Origin: Bacteroidales bacterium | GTDB taxonomy: Bacteria > Bacteroidota > Bacteroidia > Bacteroidales > WCHB1-69 | Assembly: GCA_045639985.1 (NCBI GenBank) | Contig: JAZUEE010000169.1 | Coordinates: 1 to 38,909 of the forward strand | DNA: 38,909 bases | Direction of reading: 5' to 3' | Shown here: piece by piece, positions 20,884-29,938 of the stretch | Numbering within the stretch: position 1 is the first letter of the stretch | How the letters are laid out: each line of letters opens with the position of its first letter | Notes under the pieces: model-generated | Told to the model about the DNA's origin: nothing | What the model saw: the letters and a program-made list of their open reading frames with translations, nothing else | The model's database searches: none | Program-made: the position numbers and the translations under genes

Positions 20884-22122
20884 ATGAATATCGCTGTCGC
20901 CGGCACCGGTTACGTCGGCCTCTCTATCGCAACATTGCTCTCACAGCACAACCACGTGGAAGCTGTGGATATTGTTCCTGAAAAGGTGGAACTCATCAAC
21001 AACAAAAAATCACCCATCCAAGACGACTACATTGAGGATTATCTACTCAACAAACCGTTGGACTTGCACGCCACGTTGGATGCGGCTGCCGCTTATCGCC
21101 AGGCCGATTTTGTGGTTATTGCGGCTCCCACAAACTACGACAGTGTCAAGAACTTTTTTGACACTTCCGCTGTGGAAAGCGTCATCAAACTGGTGAAGGA
21201 GAGCAACCCCGAGGCCATTATGGTCATCAAATCAACGATTCCCGTGGGCTTCACAGAATCCGTCAGAAAGAAATACGACACGAAGAACATCATCTTCGCA
21301 CCTGAATTTTTGCGTGAGAGCAAAGCCCTGTATGACCATCTCTACCCCAGCCGCATCATTGTCGGTTATGATCAAGAGGATGCCCGTTTGGAGAAGGCAG
21401 CACATACTTTTGCCGAGATGATTCACGCCGGCGCCATCAAACAGGACGTTCCCATTCTCTACATGGGCTCCACAGAGGCAGAAGCCGTGAAACTTTTTGC
21501 CAATACCTATCTCGCACTCCGCGTGTCCTATTTCAATGAACTGGATACGTATGCCGAAATAAAAGGACTTAACACACAGCATATCATTGACGGAGTCTGC
21601 TTGGACCCGCGTATTGGCACGCAATACAACAATCCTTCTTTCGGTTACGGTGGCTACTGCCTGCCCAAAGACACCAAACAATTGCTGGCCAACTATGCCG
21701 ACGTCCCCGAGGATTTGATTCGTGCTATCGTTGACAGCAATCGCACACGCAAGGACTTCATCGCCGACCAAGTGCTGAAAATGGCCGGTTATTACGATTA
21801 CTACAATCGTGGAGATTACGATGCTCAGTCCGAAAAACAGTGTGTCATCGGCGTTTTCCGTCTAACGATGAAGAGCAACAGCGACAATTTCCGCCAAAGT
21901 TCCATCCAAGGCGTAATGAAGAGAATTAAGGCCAAAGGCGCCACCGTTATCATTTACGAACCTACTTTGGAAAATGGTACGACATTCTTTGGCAGCAAAG
22001 TGATAAACGACCTCAATGAATTTAAAAAATCTTGCCAGGCCATTATCGCCAATCGTTATGATTCCTGCCTTGACGATGTCGCCGAAAAAGTCTATACGAG
22101 AGATATTTTCAAAAGAGATTAA
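20884..22122 (+). CDS. ugd: UDP-glucose 6-dehydrogenase
   Basis: [49 protein letters not shown]-terminal RD. Confidence 0.95.
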   Translation: MNIAVAGTGYVGLSIATLLSQHNHVEAVDIVPEKVELINNKKSPIQDDYIEDYLLNKPLDLHATLDAAAAYRQADFVVIAAPTNYDSVKNFFDTSAVESVIKLVKESNPEAIMVIKSTIPVGFTESVRKKYDTKNIIFAPEFLRESKALYDHLYPSRIIVGYDQEDARLEKAAHTFAEMIHAGAIKQDVPILYMGSTEAEAVKLFANTYLALRVSYFNELDTYAEIKGLNTQHIIDGVCLDPRIGTQYNNPSFGYGGYCLPKDTKQLLANYADVPEDLIRAIVDSNRTRKDFIADQVLKMAGYYDYYNRGDYDAQSEKQCVIGVFRLTMKSNSDNFRQSSIQGVMKRIKAKGATVIIYEPTLENGTTFFGSKVINDLNEFKKSCQAIIANRYDSCLDDVAEKVYTRDIFKRD

Positions 22123-22201
22123 TTATTAACATCAGAGGATGCGGTAAAAAAACTGGAAAACGTAGTGAAGTTGGCAGCATCCTTTGAAAAAAGACCAACC
22201 A

Positions 22202-23224
22202 ATGCGCAAATCGAACATTGAATTACTACGGATTGTAGCGATGTTTCTCGTACTCATCGTGCACGCGGGTTTCTTCTCGTTAGGTGTACCCACACCCACA
22301 GAGGCAAGCACCGTGCCCGTAGCCACCTTCACGCGCATTTTCTTTCAAGCCGTCTCCGTGATTGCCGTACTCGTATTCGTGCTAATATCGGGATGGTTCG
22401 GCATTCGGACAAAAGTCAAAAGTGTGGTTAACTTCCTGTTCCAATGCCTATTCTATTCACTTGTTATCTATGCAGTGATGCTCATAACAGGGCATGCAAC
22501 TTTCGATTGGAAATCCATACAGAATGTGCTGCTCTTTGTCAATTCCTTCTGGTTTATCAAGGCATACCTCTGCTTAATGATTTTTGCGCCCGTGCTAAAC
22601 GCCTTTGTGGAAGCGGCTTCTGAGAAACAGTTCCGCTGGATGCTCATCGCCTTTTTCATATTCCAGTCTATCTACGGTTGGTTGACCAAAGGAGCAGCGT
22701 GGTTTGAACGCGGCTATTCCGTGATTTCTTTCTTTGGACTGTACCTGTTGGCCCGTTACGTGCGGCTATACCCCGCCCGCCCGTTCACGCTGCCGCGCAA
22801 ATATGATATGCTCATCTACTGGGGTGTCGTGCTGCTTGTCACGGTGACCAGCTTCGTAATGCTGCGTTTCGGTGCCTCCGAAAACAGTATTGACGTGGTA
22901 TTCCGACTGACAAGCCCCATCATCATTGCAGAAGCCCTGTATCTGCTCCTCTATTTCAGCAAATTGGATTTTCAGAACCGCTTTGTAAACTGGGTGGCAG
23001 GCTCCTGCTTCGCGGTGTTCCTGATTCAGCAGAATCCCTATTTCGGACGCCCCGTCTATGCGTCTTCTATTGCTAAATTGTATGCTGACTACAACGGTCC
23101 CGTGTGCGTTCTGCTCATCGCGACCTTTATTATAGCCATATTTGTCGCCGCCATCCTCATCGACCAGGTTCGCAAACAAATCTGGAAATGGGTGGGCGAA
23201 CGAAGCGACAAACCGGTAAAATAG
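22202..23224 (+). CDS. Acyltransferase family 3 (integral-membrane O-acyltransferase)
   Basis: RKSNIELLRIVAMFLVLIVH, FVLISGWF, WF..AY; about 10 hydrophobic segments. ATG 22202 preferred. Confidence 0.85.
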   Translation: MRKSNIELLRIVAMFLVLIVHAGFFSLGVPTPTEASTVPVATFTRIFFQAVSVIAVLVFVLISGWFGIRTKVKSVVNFLFQCLFYSLVIYAVMLITGHATFDWKSIQNVLLFVNSFWFIKAYLCLMIFAPVLNAFVEAASEKQFRWMLIAFFIFQSIYGWLTKGAAWFERGYSVISFFGLYLLARYVRLYPARPFTLPRKYDMLIYWGVVLLVTVTSFVMLRFGASENSIDVVFRLTSPIIIAEALYLLLYFSKLDFQNRFVNWVAGSCFAVFLIQQNPYFGRPVYASSIAKLYADYNGPVCVLLIATFIIAIFVAAILIDQVRKQIWKWVGERSDKPVK

Positions 23225-23257
23225 TTTGTTATTGAAAAATCTTATATAAAACCCAAT

Positions 23258-24340
23258 ATGAAAATCACCATCGTCGGCTGTGGCAACTCAGGACTGATTC
23301 ACGCAGCCAAATTGTTAGAAAACAAAATGGAAGTCGGCATACTTAAAACTTCCAACACCTTCAATGACGAGTTTTTCAACGTCATCAGTCAGGAAGGCGG
23401 TTACAATGTCAAGGACGAAACCAATGGCGGCAATCGCTTTTTTGTACGTCCGGCGTTCATCACACGCGATGTGGAGAAGGCCATCACCTTTGCCGATGTC
23501 ATCATGGTGATGACCACAACGTCGCAGCACGACTTTGTGGCGCAGAAAATAGCCCCGTACGTGCGCGACGGCCAGATCATCATCCTTGTGCCGGGTTATA
23601 TGGGCAGCTTCATTTTCAAGAAATATATCCATAAAGATGTGATTTACAGCGAATGGGAGACAACGGCCTACAACGGCCGCATTGTGGATTCGATGTATGT
23701 GCGCATCACTTTCTATAATCCGAGAAATGCTATTTCGGTGCTGCCAACCGCCAAAACAGATTACGTGGTGGGCCTGATGTCCAAATGCTTTGCCAATACG
23801 AAATATTCCAGACGCCACATCTTGGAGTCTGCCTTGCACAATCCCAATATGATTGTACATCCGATAGGCATTCTGTTTTCCGCTTCTCGCATTGAACACA
23901 GCAAAGGCGAGTTTTGGATGTACAAAGAGGCGTTTACCGATTCGGTCATCAATGTCATCAAGGCATTCGACAAACAAAAGAATCTGATTTTGCAGGAGTT
24001 CGGGTGCGAACCGCTCGATTACTTCGAAGCAGCCAAATGGCGTAACGAGGAAAATCTCAATATTGACGCGATGACAGTGTTCCGTTCCTTTGCCGATTCT
24101 TCCAACAAGGGACCATCCTTTATCAACCATCGTTATCTGAACGAGGATGTCCCGATGGGCTTGGGCTTGTTTATTTCCATCGGAAAAATTGTCGGGGTAG
24201 ATACCTCCGTGCAGGAAGCCATTATGTCGTTGTCTTCCGCATTATTAAATAAAGACTTACGTCAAAATGCCCGCACCATTCAGTATCTTCTTCAAAAAGA
24301 CACGGTAAGTGTGGATGATATTCGTGCGGCCATTTTGTAG
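23258..24340 (+). CDS. NAD(P)-dependent opine dehydrogenase (octopine/nopaline/CENDH family)
   Basis: Rossmann GCGNSG; C-terminal domain motifs LHNPNMIVHP, FWMYKE and HRYLNEDVPMGL are characteristic of the octopine dehydrogenase family; 360 aa. Confidence 0.85.
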   Translation: MKITIVGCGNSGLIHAAKLLENKMEVGILKTSNTFNDEFFNVISQEGGYNVKDETNGGNRFFVRPAFITRDVEKAITFADVIMVMTTTSQHDFVAQKIAPYVRDGQIIILVPGYMGSFIFKKYIHKDVIYSEWETTAYNGRIVDSMYVRITFYNPRNAISVLPTAKTDYVVGLMSKCFANTKYSRRHILESALHNPNMIVHPIGILFSASRIEHSKGEFWMYKEAFTDSVINVIKAFDKQKNLILQEFGCEPLDYFEAAKWRNEENLNIDAMTVFRSFADSSNKGPSFINHRYLNEDVPMGLGLFISIGKIVGVDTSVQEAIMSLSSALLNKDLRQNARTIQYLLQKDTVSVDDIRAAIL

Positions 24341-24362
24341 TGATAAAGAATAACTGTTTGAT

Positions 24363-25811
24363 ATGGCAGGTTCTGAATTGAAAGAGAAAACCATCTCGGG
24401 AATGCTTTGGACGAGTGTCGGCAAGTTTGGCACGTCGGGACTTGCATTCCTCTCCAACCTCGTGTTGGCTCGTTTGCTGTTGCCGCACGACTTTGGCTGC
24501 ATTGCTATGTTGCAGGTTTTCATCGCCATATCAACCATCTTTGTGACGGGAGGTTTTGGCGCGGCGCTCGTTCAGAAAAAAGATCCCCAGCACATTGACT
24601 ATACTTCCGTCTTCTACTGGAACCTTGTATCTTCCATCTTTTTTTACGGCGTACTCTATTTCTGCAGCCCCGCCATCGCACGTTATTACGCTATGCCGGA
24701 GCTGAGCGCGGTGCTCCGCGTACAGAGTATTTCCCTGATCATCCAAGCCTTCTCAATGGTACAATCCAGCCAATTGCAGAAACAATTGCGCTTCAAGGAA
24801 CTTTCAGTCCGAAACATTGTCGCCGCCCTTGTTGGCGCGGTGGTCGCCATCATTATGGCTTTGTTGGGCTTTGGCGTCTGGAGCTTGGTGGCTTCCCAAA
24901 TCGTGACCAGCCTGGCCGGAGTCCTCCTCCTTTGGAAGATGAGCAGCTGGCGGCCAACATGGGAGTTCAGTATGCAGTCGCTGAAAGAATTGTTCGCCTT
25001 CGGCGGATTGATGGCGCTATCCTCACTGGTGGAAACCGTATATACCAACCTCCAAAGTCTTATCATCGGTCGATTATATTCTCCAGATGACCTCGGATAC
25101 TATAATCAAGCAAAGAAATTAGAGGCAATGCCGACTGACTCCTTGTCTCAAATTGTAAATCAGGTTTCCTTTCCCGTCTTCGCCGCATTACAGGATGATA
25201 AAGAACGGCTACTTGTAGGTGTGCGTAAAAATATCAAAGCCATTACCTACCTGAATTTCCCGATGATGGCCCTGATGATTGTGATTGCCCATCCCATCAT
25301 TACATTCCTGTATGGGAAAAATTGGGAACCTTCCGTGCCTTATTTCCAAATCCTTTGTATATCCAGTATGGTTTATACACTCAACACTTTGAATACTAAC
25401 GTAATAAAATCTTTGGGCAAAAGTAAAATTTACTTTTTCGTCCAATTGGCAAAACGATTGATTGGCATTGGATTGATTTTCTTCGGCGTTCAGTTTGGAA
25501 TTATGGGACTTTTGTGGGGCGTTACTTCTGTGGGCTATATTTGCGTTATTATCAATGCTATCGTAAATAAACGACTAATCAACTACGGCATCTGGGCGCA
25601 GATTAAGGATGTTGGAATCTGCTATCTGTTGGCAGCTTTGTTGGCTGTTGCCGTATATTATTTAGGAACTTTGATACCTGTTCACGAATATATTCTGATG
25701 TTTATCCAGGCAGCCATCTACGCAGGACTATATTGGTTATTCTCCGTCATCTTGAAACTTGATGGCTATCAAACGTACCGTGAAATTCTACTTAATAAAA
25801 TTAAACGATAA
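24363..25811 (+). CDS. wzx: Wzx-type polysaccharide flippase (MOP superfamily)
   Basis: LKEKTISGMLW, LARLLLPHDFG, LKELFAFG, IIGRLYS..DLGYY..A, VSFPVF; many TM segments. Confidence 0.9.
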   Translation: MAGSELKEKTISGMLWTSVGKFGTSGLAFLSNLVLARLLLPHDFGCIAMLQVFIAISTIFVTGGFGAALVQKKDPQHIDYTSVFYWNLVSSIFFYGVLYFCSPAIARYYAMPELSAVLRVQSISLIIQAFSMVQSSQLQKQLRFKELSVRNIVAALVGAVVAIIMALLGFGVWSLVASQIVTSLAGVLLLWKMSSWRPTWEFSMQSLKELFAFGGLMALSSLVETVYTNLQSLIIGRLYSPDDLGYYNQAKKLEAMPTDSLSQIVNQVSFPVFAALQDDKERLLVGVRKNIKAITYLNFPMMALMIVIAHPIITFLYGKNWEPSVPYFQILCISSMVYTLNTLNTNVIKSLGKSKIYFFVQLAKRLIGIGLIFFGVQFGIMGLLWGVTSVGYICVIINAIVNKRLINYGIWAQIKDVGICYLLAALLAVAVYYLGTLIPVHEYILMFIQAAIYAGLYWLFSVILKLDGYQTYREILLNKIKR

Positions 25812-25817
25812 TCCATT

Positions 25818-26561
25818 ATGTCATATATTTCCTTGTTATTCCGTTTCCTCCGCACCAACATCATTAAGACATTGATGGTAAATTTCTGTTTGCTGCCATG
25901 GAAACAGGCCATACGGCTTCCGATTTTCGTATATGGTCGATTTACATTGCGGGAACATAAAGGCCGCATCATACTCAAACAACCCGCGCGCGCGGAGATG
26001 ATTATTATCGGAAAAAAGTCATCTTACGTCACTACAACAGTACAGCGCACTATTTGGACAGTAAACGGCACGCTCGTTTTCGGTGGCCCTATGAAGTTCG
26101 CGTTTGGTTCCTACTTGCTGGTGACCGACAACGCTACGCTTTCCTTCGGCACAGGCGGTACATACTGCGGCTCCAATTTCAAGGTTTTCTGCTTTGACAA
26201 AATCACCATCGGTGACAATGTGCGCATGGCCTGGGACGTACAGATTATCGACAGCAGTTTCCATTATACCAAGAACCTTAACAAAGACGGCTATGTCGCC
26301 CCGCTTACCAAACCCATTCTCTTGGAGAGCAACATCTGGATTGGGAATCGTTCCACCATTTCTAAAGGCGCTGTAGTTCCCAACGAGACCATCATTGCAT
26401 CTAACAGTTTGGTCAACAAAGATTTCTCCGATAATCCACCCTATAGTCTCATTGCCGGAAGTCCCGCCACGCTCAAAGTTTCTGGCATCCAGCGTATCTG
26501 GGACGATAAAACACAGAAGGAATTGGATGAACAGTTTGGATATATTCGAACACACCTTTAA
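25818..26561 (+). CDS. Hexapeptide-repeat (left-handed beta-helix) acyltransferase
   Basis: ITIGDNV, IIDSSFH, WIGNRSTISKG, IIASNSLVNKDF, LIAGSPA. Confidence 0.85.
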   Translation: MSYISLLFRFLRTNIIKTLMVNFCLLPWKQAIRLPIFVYGRFTLREHKGRIILKQPARAEMIIIGKKSSYVTTTVQRTIWTVNGTLVFGGPMKFAFGSYLLVTDNATLSFGTGGTYCGSNFKVFCFDKITIGDNVRMAWDVQIIDSSFHYTKNLNKDGYVAPLTKPILLESNIWIGNRSTISKGAVVPNETIIASNSLVNKDFSDNPPYSLIAGSPATLKVSGIQRIWDDKTQKELDEQFGYIRTHL

Positions 26562-26575
26562 TAGATTTTAAGATA

Positions 26576-27733
26576 ATGCGCAAACATATTGCTTTCATAT
26601 ACCATTTGCTCGTTTGGACGGCTAAGTATCCGACCAAGCATAAGTTGCACGTTTTGTTCGACTACTTAAAACTTTATCGTCGCAAGGGGTTGAATATGAA
26701 CGAATATTATCAGTTTGAATTTGAGAAACGTACAGAATATTTCCGTCTGGATTTTTTGGGAGAGAACGAACAGCGTTTCTATCTTGATTGGCTCAATCCG
26801 AAGAAATACTATATTTTGGCACGCAACAAATTTATGGCCCATAAGATGCTTGAAAACACGGGTGTCCGTAAGTCGCCGCTGTATTGCTACTATCAGCCCG
26901 AGGGCAAAGTGGCTGCCAGTGCTGAAATCGCGAACGACCTGACCGGCGTCTGCCGTATATTGCAAGCCAAGCAGGTAACGGAGTGCGTCATCAAAACGAC
27001 TGAAAGCTCGCACGGCGACAATGTGTGGGTCATTCGCAACATTACTTTCAGCGATGGCGATGCCATACTGGAACGCTATGACGGACAGCAGCTCAAACTT
27101 TCAGAAGTGCTCGGTCACCAACCGCTGCTGTTTGAAGGTCTTATCCGACAAACAAAGCAATTTGCAGCATTCAACCCGTCATCGGTGAACACCGTGCGTT
27201 TTATGACAGCACTTTATCCAGACGGAACCGCGCGTGTGATTGCCACTTTCATCAAAATCGGTCGCGCAGGCAAATGTGTGGATAACGCTGGTGGCGGAGG
27301 CAACGTTGACGTTTGTGTCGATGTTGAAACTGGCACCGTGCAGTATGCTATCCGATACGATGGTTGGCGACATATTACCGACATTGACTGCCATCCGGAC
27401 AGCGGTGCCCAGCTCAATGGCGTGGTCATTGACAACTGGCAGCAGATTAAGGATGAGGTGGTCCGCTTCCAACAGGCCTTCCCTTATTGCAAAGTCGCCG
27501 GCTGGGATATTGCCATCACCGACGAAGGCCCTGTCGTCATAGAGGTCAACGATATGTGGGACCGCACAGGACAGTATTTCATCCGCCGCGGTTGGCGAAA
27601 CGAAATTCGCGACTGCTATTTGGCTTGGCGGCCGTTCGGCAAACCCGTAATGGGCCGACTTGAACAACGACTCACAGAAAAGAAACTTCAAAAAATAGTA
27701 AATCACACAGAAACCGACCACTTCACAAAATAA
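26576..27733 (+). CDS. Sugar-transfer-associated ATP-grasp protein (amidoligase) 1
   Basis: NK..AH, VIK...SSHG, NPSSVNTVRFMT, VDN..GG, HPDSG, GWDIAITDEGPVVIEVN (metal-binding ExN). Confidence 0.85.
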   Translation: MRKHIAFIYHLLVWTAKYPTKHKLHVLFDYLKLYRRKGLNMNEYYQFEFEKRTEYFRLDFLGENEQRFYLDWLNPKKYYILARNKFMAHKMLENTGVRKSPLYCYYQPEGKVAASAEIANDLTGVCRILQAKQVTECVIKTTESSHGDNVWVIRNITFSDGDAILERYDGQQLKLSEVLGHQPLLFEGLIRQTKQFAAFNPSSVNTVRFMTALYPDGTARVIATFIKIGRAGKCVDNAGGGGNVDVCVDVETGTVQYAIRYDGWRHITDIDCHPDSGAQLNGVVIDNWQQIKDEVVRFQQAFPYCKVAGWDIAITDEGPVVIEVNDMWDRTGQYFIRRGWRNEIRDCYLAWRPFGKPVMGRLEQRLTEKKLQKIVNHTETDHFTK

Positions 27734-27753
27734 TTCATAACCCGATATCTATC

Positions 27754-28827
27754 ATGTTCCAATCTCTATATCATAAATATTCGATAAAGCAACGAGAAAA
27801 AGCTGACATTGCCAATATTTGCGGGAAACTCAAACAATGTGACCGCAAACCGCTTTCTGCCGAACAGAAAAAGGAAATACAAAATTTTTATCAACCATTG
27901 GTCGGGCATACCGTTCCAACCTATTGGCATGAATATTTCTATTCTCGTAACGGACAATTCTCGGCACAATATATTCCAACCAGCTTTTATCACAAGGAAA
28001 TCATTTACCGACTCAACAATTTCCAGTTACGCCACGCATACGTGGACAAAGGGGTGTATGATATTTATTTCCCGGATTTGAATCGTCCCAAAACCATTGT
28101 GAAGAATATGAATGGCTATTTTTACGATGACCATTCTGCGATAACGAAGGAAGAGGCCATGGCACGCTGTCAGAATTTGGCCGGTGCGGTGGTGAAGCCC
28201 ACAATGGAGGGAATGTGGGGCGAGGGTGTCCACGTGTTCACATCCGCCAATGGCCAAACCGACATGGACCAATCGGTTGAAGAGCTTTTCAAAAGCTATG
28301 GAAAGAACTTCATCGTGCAGGAGAAAGTGAACCAGCACGTCGACATGGCCCGTTTGAACCCGACTTCGCTGAACACATTGCGCATTTTGTCCTATCGTCA
28401 AGATAATGAGGTACACATTCTTTATGCGGTGGTACGCATCGGACGTCTGGGCAAGAGCGTGGATAATGAGACCGCCGGCGGTATCAATGCGGATATCCAA
28501 TTGGACAATGGCACTATTCTCGAATGTGCGTACGGCACGCCAAGCGAGAAAAAAATCATGACCACCGACAACGGCACCGTACTCAAAGGTTTCCAAATCC
28601 CATCTTTCGAAAAGGCCTTGGCCGTCGTGCGCGAAATGCACCTCCGCCTGCCGTATTTCAACCTCGTGGGCTGGGATTTCGGCATCGACGAGTCGGGTGA
28701 GCCGATAATGATAGAATGGAACCGCGCTCCCGATCTCAGTCAGACAGCGCACGGGCCCGCATTTGGAGAAATGACGGAAGAAATTATTAGGACGGCACTC
28801 CAACGTCCAGATACAAGACTAAAATAA
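27754..28827 (+). CDS. Sugar-transfer-associated ATP-grasp protein (amidoligase) 2
   Basis: DK..YD, VVKPT....GEGV, FIVQEKVNQH, NPTSLNTLRILS, VDN..AGG, GWDFGIDESGEPIMIEWN. Confidence 0.85.
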   Translation: MFQSLYHKYSIKQREKADIANICGKLKQCDRKPLSAEQKKEIQNFYQPLVGHTVPTYWHEYFYSRNGQFSAQYIPTSFYHKEIIYRLNNFQLRHAYVDKGVYDIYFPDLNRPKTIVKNMNGYFYDDHSAITKEEAMARCQNLAGAVVKPTMEGMWGEGVHVFTSANGQTDMDQSVEELFKSYGKNFIVQEKVNQHVDMARLNPTSLNTLRILSYRQDNEVHILYAVVRIGRLGKSVDNETAGGINADIQLDNGTILECAYGTPSEKKIMTTDNGTVLKGFQIPSFEKALAVVREMHLRLPYFNLVGWDFGIDESGEPIMIEWNRAPDLSQTAHGPAFGEMTEEIIRTALQRPDTRLK

Positions 28828-28838
28828 AAACACACGAT

Positions 28839-29855
28839 ATGCTGATATTTGTAACAGGCGGTGCCGGCTTCATTGGCACACATACTTTAGTAGAACTTTA
28901 CAACGCAGGACACCAAGCTGTTGTAGTGGATAACCTATCCAACTCCAACGAACTGGCACTTAAACGTGTAGCTGAACTGACGGGCCACGAGGTTCCGTTC
29001 TACAAAGTTGATATCCGCGACCGCGCGGCTTTGTCCAAAGTGCTCGACCAGTATCACTTCGACGCATGTATCCACTTCGCCGGCTTGAAAGCCGTGGGCG
29101 AGTCGGTGGCCAAACCGTGGGAGTACTATGACAACAACATCTCCGGCACATTAGTGCTGTTGGACGAACTGCGTCGCCACGACTGCCGTAACCTCATTTT
29201 TTCCTCTTCGGCAACCGTGTATGGCGACCCCGAAATCATTCCGATTACGGAAACTTGCCCGAAAGGACATTGCACAAATCCCTACGGTCAGACGAAAAGC
29301 ATGTTGGAAGAAATCATGATGGACATGCAGAAAGCAGACCCTGCGTGGAACATCGTATTATTGCGCTATTTCAACCCCATCGGGGCGCACCCATCCGGCA
29401 GAATCGGAGAGAATCCTAACGGCATTCCCAACAATCTAATGCCATACATCACCCAAGTAGCTGTGGGCAAACGTGCGGAATTAGGGGTTTTCGGCAACGA
29501 CTATGACACGCCCGATGGCACGGGTGTGCGCGATTATATTCACGTCGTGGATTTGGCAAAGGGCCACGTCAGCGCGTTGGTGGCTATCGAGCGCCAGTGC
29601 GGACTGGCTATCTACAATCTCGGCACCGGCCACGGCTACTCCGTATTAGACGTGGTGAAGGCTTTTGTGAAGAGCACTGGAATGCCCGTACCCTACAGCA
29701 TCAAACCGCGCCGCGCCGGCGATATCGCCACCTGCTACTCCGATCCTGCCAAAGCCGCTGACGAACTCGGATGGACCGCCCAATACGATATTGAAGATAT
29801 GTGCCGCGACGCCTGGAACTGGCAAAAAAACAACCCCAACGGGTACGAGGAATAA
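28839..29855 (+). CDS. galE: UDP-glucose 4-epimerase
   Basis: TGGAGFIG, HFAGLKAVGES, FSSSATVYG, YGQTK, LRYFNP, DGTGVRDYIHV. Confidence 0.96.
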   Translation: MLIFVTGGAGFIGTHTLVELYNAGHQAVVVDNLSNSNELALKRVAELTGHEVPFYKVDIRDRAALSKVLDQYHFDACIHFAGLKAVGESVAKPWEYYDNNISGTLVLLDELRRHDCRNLIFSSSATVYGDPEIIPITETCPKGHCTNPYGQTKSMLEEIMMDMQKADPAWNIVLLRYFNPIGAHPSGRIGENPNGIPNNLMPYITQVAVGKRAELGVFGNDYDTPDGTGVRDYIHVVDLAKGHVSALVAIERQCGLAIYNLGTGHGYSVLDVVKAFVKSTGMPVPYSIKPRRAGDIATCYSDPAKAADELGWTAQYDIEDMCRDAWNWQKNNPNGYEE

Positions 29856-29892
29856 TGCGGTAATGCGGTAATGTGATAATGCGATAATGTGC
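29853..29892 (+). repeat. 8-bp tandem repeat TAATGYGN x5 starting at the galE stop codon
   Basis: TAATGCGG TAATGCGG TAATGTGA TAATGCGA TAATGTGC. Confidence 0.85.
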
Positions 29893-29938
29893 TACGCAGT
29901 CATATTAAATTATAACTTGAGTCTAAAAAATAAGCTAT

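Noticed and set aside
23315-24130. 271-aa minus-strand ORF, and similar ones at 28027-28803, 30332-30961, 27179-27721, 21232-21771 and 26019-26555
   Set aside because: Antisense shadows of well-supported genes, with no recognisable motifs; expected from codon bias.
23258-24340. Opine metallophore (staphylopine/pseudopaline-type) cluster
   Set aside because: No nicotianamine synthase, racemase, metal ABC importer or TonB receptor in the window; the neighbours are glycan genes.
26576-28827. RiPP (graspetide/microviridin) ATP-grasp pair
   Set aside because: No precursor peptide nearby, motifs fit the sugar-transfer-associated subfamily, and the context is Wzx and nucleotide-sugar genes.
29853-29892. 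CRISPR array
   Set aside because: 8-bp contiguous units with no spacers, and no cas genes.
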